Shown here one piece after another: positions 61,242-64,000 of a DNA stretch of 64,000 nucleotides. A model generated the notes under the pieces. The model was not told the origin of the DNA. It was given only the letters and a program-made list of their open reading frames with translations, and searched no databases. This DNA comes from Alphaproteobacteria bacterium (GTDB lineage: Bacteria > Pseudomonadota > Alphaproteobacteria > UBA828): positions 2,912,001 to 2,976,000 of the forward strand of contig CBDEFM010000002.1 of NCBI GenBank assembly GCA_965237415.1. The letters run 5' to 3'. The translations under genes were made by a program, and so were the position numbers. The first letter of the stretch is position 1; every line of letters starts with the position of its first letter.

Positions 61242-62190
61242 GCCCGAGGAAGCTCCTGCGACACCCGCAGGCGCGGGACAGAGTAGGGACGACACGGCCT
61301 TGAGTAAACCGCAGCCGGGCGTGGCGCCGGGCCTCTGGCTGGTGGCGACTCCGATCGGCAATCTGGAGGACATCTCGCAGCGGGCGCTCTCGGCGCTCGC
61401 GTCCGTCGACCGCATCGCCTGCGAGGATACCCGCCATACCGGACGGCTCCTCGCCCGCCATGGCATCGCAACCCGTCTCGTCTCCTACCACGAGCACAAC
61501 GCGGCGCGGGTTCGCCCGACGTTGATCCGCATGCTGGAAGGCGGCGGTTCGGTGGCCCTGGTTTCCGACGCGGGCACACCGCTGATCTCGGACCCCGGCT
61601 ACAAGCTTGTGCGTGCCGCGCTCGACGCCGGCATTCGCGTGACCGGCTGCCCTGGCCCGAGCGCCCCGCTGCTGGCTCTCATCCTTTCCGGTTTGCCGAC
61701 CGATCGCTTCTTTTTCGGTGGATTCCTGCCATCCAAGGCGGGCCCGCGGCGGGAGGCGCTCGTCGTGCTCAAATCGCTCGACGCTACGTTGGTATTCTTC
61801 GAATCGCCCCGCCGGCTCGCCGTGTCGCTGGCAGATATGGCGGAGACGTTCGGCCCGCGCCCGGCTGCGGTGGCACGCGAGCTCACCAAGCTGCACGAGG
61901 AGATGCGGCGCGCAACGCTCGACCGGCTTGCCGCTCACTACGCCGGCGCCGGCGCGCCCAAGGGCGAGGTCGTCGTCGTCGTGGGCGGCGACCGGGGCGA
62001 CGCGGCGCGTCCCGCACTCTCCGACGCGGAAATCGACGGCCGCCTCGACAGCCTGCTCGTCACGGGTACCGTCCGCGATGCGGCGGCGACGCTCAGCGCC
62101 GAGACCGGCCGGCCGCGCCGTGAACTCTATGCCCGTGCGCTGGCACGCTCGCGGGCACGGCCGGGCAAGGGATGCGCGCTCGATCCCTAG
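61240..62190 (+). CDS. rsmI: 16S rRNA (cytidine1402-2'-O)-methyltransferase (start may be TTG at 61300)
   Basis: VATPIGNLEDIS, ACEDTR, SDAGTPLISDPG, FESPRR, RELTKLHEE. Confidence 0.95.
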   Translation: MPEEAPATPAGAGQSRDDTALSKPQPGVAPGLWLVATPIGNLEDISQRALSALASVDRIACEDTRHTGRLLARHGIATRLVSYHEHNAARVRPTLIRMLEGGGSVALVSDAGTPLISDPGYKLVRAALDAGIRVTGCPGPSAPLLALILSGLPTDRFFFGGFLPSKAGPRREALVVLKSLDATLVFFESPRRLAVSLADMAETFGPRPAAVARELTKLHEEMRRATLDRLAAHYAGAGAPKGEVVVVVGGDRGDAARPALSDAEIDGRLDSLLVTGTVRDAAATLSAETGRPRRELYARALARSRARPGKGCALDP

Positions 62191-62564
62191 CGGCGCGGCG
62201 GGCCGCTCATGAGCGAGGCCTCGCGGCGGAGCGGCTCTGCACACTACGACTCCGGCTCACCGGCTGGCGCATCCTGGCGCGACGCTATGCGACTCCCGCC
62301 GGCGAGCTCGACATCGTCGCCAAACGTGGCGCGCTGATCGCCTTCATCGAAGTAAAGCACCGCAACGATCGCCGGGGCGTTCTCGAGGCAATTTCCGCGC
62401 ATCAGCGGCAGCGCATCGAGAATGCAGCGACCATTTTCTTGTCGCGTCATCCGAATTGGCGCAAGCTTTCGTTCCGATTCGATCTGATGGTGGTGACCCC
62501 CTGGCGATGGCCGTGCCACTTGCCGGACGCGTGGCGTCCCGACCGAAGCGGGGCCGTAATCTGA
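62172..62564 (+). CDS. yraN: YraN family protein
   Basis: GWRILARR, GELDIV, FIEVK, RFD. Confidence 0.9.
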   Translation: MRARSLAARRAAHERGLAAERLCTLRLRLTGWRILARRYATPAGELDIVAKRGALIAFIEVKHRNDRRGVLEAISAHQRQRIENAATIFLSRHPNWRKLSFRFDLMVVTPWRWPCHLPDAWRPDRSGAVI

Positions 62565-62569
62565 CGCTA

Positions 62570-63193
62570 TTGGGTCGGCGCCCGGGCCGGCGGACAAGGC
62601 TATTCGCCGCGCTTTCCCTCCTGTTGACCGGCTCTCTCATGCTCTCCGGATGCGCAGAGCTGCTCGTCGGCGTGGCCGCGACGACAGGCATCGCAGTCGC
62701 GGAAGAGCGATCGGTCGGCGACGCGGTCGACGATCTGACTATTCGGGCGGAGCTCAACCACCTCTTCTTCCAGGACGACGTCGAGCTCTATCAGGATGTG
62801 TCGTTCAGCGTGTTCGAGGGCCGTGTCCTGCTCAAGGGCAGCGTGCCTACGCCCGAAGCTCGCATTCACGCCCTCAGGGTTGCGTGGCAGGCCGTCGGCG
62901 TTCGCGAGGTGATCAACGAGCTGCAGGTGACCGACGAGGGCGGGATTCTGGACTACGCGCGGGACACCTGGATTTCGGCGCAGCTCAAGGGCAGGCTCCT
63001 CGTGGACGGCGATGTCCTCTCCATCAACTACAGCGTCGAAACCGTCAACGGCACGGTCTACCTCATCGGAATCGCGCAGGACGAGGCAGAGCTCGTGCGG
63101 GTGATCGAGCATGCCCGTGGCATCGAGGATGTGAAGCGTGTGGTGAGCCACGTCGTCCTGAAGGACGACCGGCGTCGCCCGGTGACGCCTTGA
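62570..63193 (+). CDS. BON domain lipoprotein (DolP/YraP-like), copy 1; start uncertain
   Basis: lipobox LSGC, ERSVG, GRVLLKG, DTWIS, NYSVETVNG. Confidence 0.88.
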   Translation: MGRRPGRRTRLFAALSLLLTGSLMLSGCAELLVGVAATTGIAVAEERSVGDAVDDLTIRAELNHLFFQDDVELYQDVSFSVFEGRVLLKGSVPTPEARIHALRVAWQAVGVREVINELQVTDEGGILDYARDTWISAQLKGRLLVDGDVLSINYSVETVNGTVYLIGIAQDEAELVRVIEHARGIEDVKRVVSHVVLKDDRRRPVTP

Positions 63194-63858
63194 CGGGCGG
63201 TGCGACGATTGCACGCACACGTCCCACGGGCGGACGGCGCCCTCGTCTCTGGCGGTGCGCCGGACCGGCCGCCGCGCTCGCCCTCCTGCTGGCGGGTCCC
63301 CTCAGCCTCACCGGCTGTGCGGAGTTCGTCATCAGCGCGGTCACCACAACGAGCCTCGCGATGGCCGAGGAACGCACGCTCGGCGACGCAGTCGAAGATC
63401 TGGGCATTCAGGCGGAGCTCAACCATCTCTTCTTCCAGGACGATCTCGCGCTCTATCGGGATGTGTCGTTCAGCGTGGTCGAGGGTCGTGTCCTGCTCAA
63501 GGGCAGTGTGCCGACGCATGAGGACCGGGCCCGCGCGAGTTGGGTCGCCCGGCAGGCCACCGGCATTCGCGAGGTCATCAACGAGATGCAGGTGACCGCC
63601 GAGACCGGGATCCTGGACTACGCACGGGATCGGTGGATATCGCTGCAGCTCGACGCCAAACTTCTCCTCGATATCGATATCCTGTCGATCAACTATGACG
63701 TCGAGACCGTCAAAGGCACGGTCTATCTCATGGGGATCGCGCAAAGCGAAGACGAGCTGAAGAGGGTCGAGGAGCACGTCAGCAGCATCGGTGGCGTGAA
63801 GGGCGTCGTGAGCCACGTGGTCATGAAGGACGATCCGCGCCGACCGGCGCGACCCTGA
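63190..63858 (+). CDS. BON domain lipoprotein, copy 2; start uncertain
   Basis: lipobox LTGC, ERTLG, GRVLLKG, DRWIS; close paralog of copy 1. Confidence 0.88.
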   Translation: MTGGATIARTRPTGGRRPRLWRCAGPAAALALLLAGPLSLTGCAEFVISAVTTTSLAMAEERTLGDAVEDLGIQAELNHLFFQDDLALYRDVSFSVVEGRVLLKGSVPTHEDRARASWVARQATGIREVINEMQVTAETGILDYARDRWISLQLDAKLLLDIDILSINYDVETVKGTVYLMGIAQSEDELKRVEEHVSSIGGVKGVVSHVVMKDDPRRPARP

Positions 63859-64000
63859 TGGCCGCCGAGATGATCGAGCGTGCGCTCCGCGCCGTCGGTA
63901 CCCTCGCGGACGAAGAGATCGACCTGGCCGATGCGGCGCTTCTGCTGGGCGCCCTCGACATGCCGAACGTGTCGCTCAAGCGCTACCGGGATCATGTCGA
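63858..64000 (+). CDS. SirB1/transglutaminase-like protein N-terminus (truncated by window)
   Basis: MAAEMIERALRAVGTLADEEIDLADAALLLGALD; ATG overlaps the upstream TGA. Confidence 0.6.
   Translation, partial: MAAEMIERALRAVGTLADEEIDLADAALLLGALDMPNVSLKRYRDHV

Noticed and set aside
61239-61242. Overlapping divergent ATGs of the lpoA-like gene and rsmI
   Set aside because: The start of rsmI is uncertain (TTG at 61300 is plausible), so the overlap may not be real.
58109-62244. Long alternative-frame ORFs (778 aa, 632 aa) and similar Arg/Pro-rich ORFs elsewhere
   Set aside because: They overlap well-supported genes and have the low-complexity composition of off-frame translation.

Overview
High-GC alphaproteobacterial chromosome segment (trcR/DUF1013, trxB-lysR of the lsrB/vtlR type, aapJQMP, lpoA-like/rsmI/yraN/BON). 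It is unusually rich in amide and C-N catabolic enzymes: three nitrilase-superfamily genes, an amidase with a fused N-terminal domain, an M20 carbamoylase, an isochorismatase-family amidohydrolase, N,N-dimethylformamidase alpha/beta-like subunits, hydantoinase B and a GS-like ligase. Three lower-GC accessory patches interrupt the backbone. (i) An orphan exported/membrane protein at ~6.85-7.6 kb. (ii) A ~30.7-37.6 kb hotspot: a direct-repeat-flanked Na/Pi cotransporter, a 62-aa ORF coupled to an SDH Clp-fold protease, and a complete group II intron (34613-37019; frameshifted RT) inserted antisense into a small antitoxin-like ORF. (iii) A SocA/SocB-like type VI toxin-antitoxin pair with small ORFs, abutting a probable anti-SD sRNA downstream of the LysR gene. 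Two dispersed repeat families are present (~146 bp x3 and ~25-50 bp x5), and their ends often coincide with stop codons. All assignments come from motif recognition by eye; no database searches were run.
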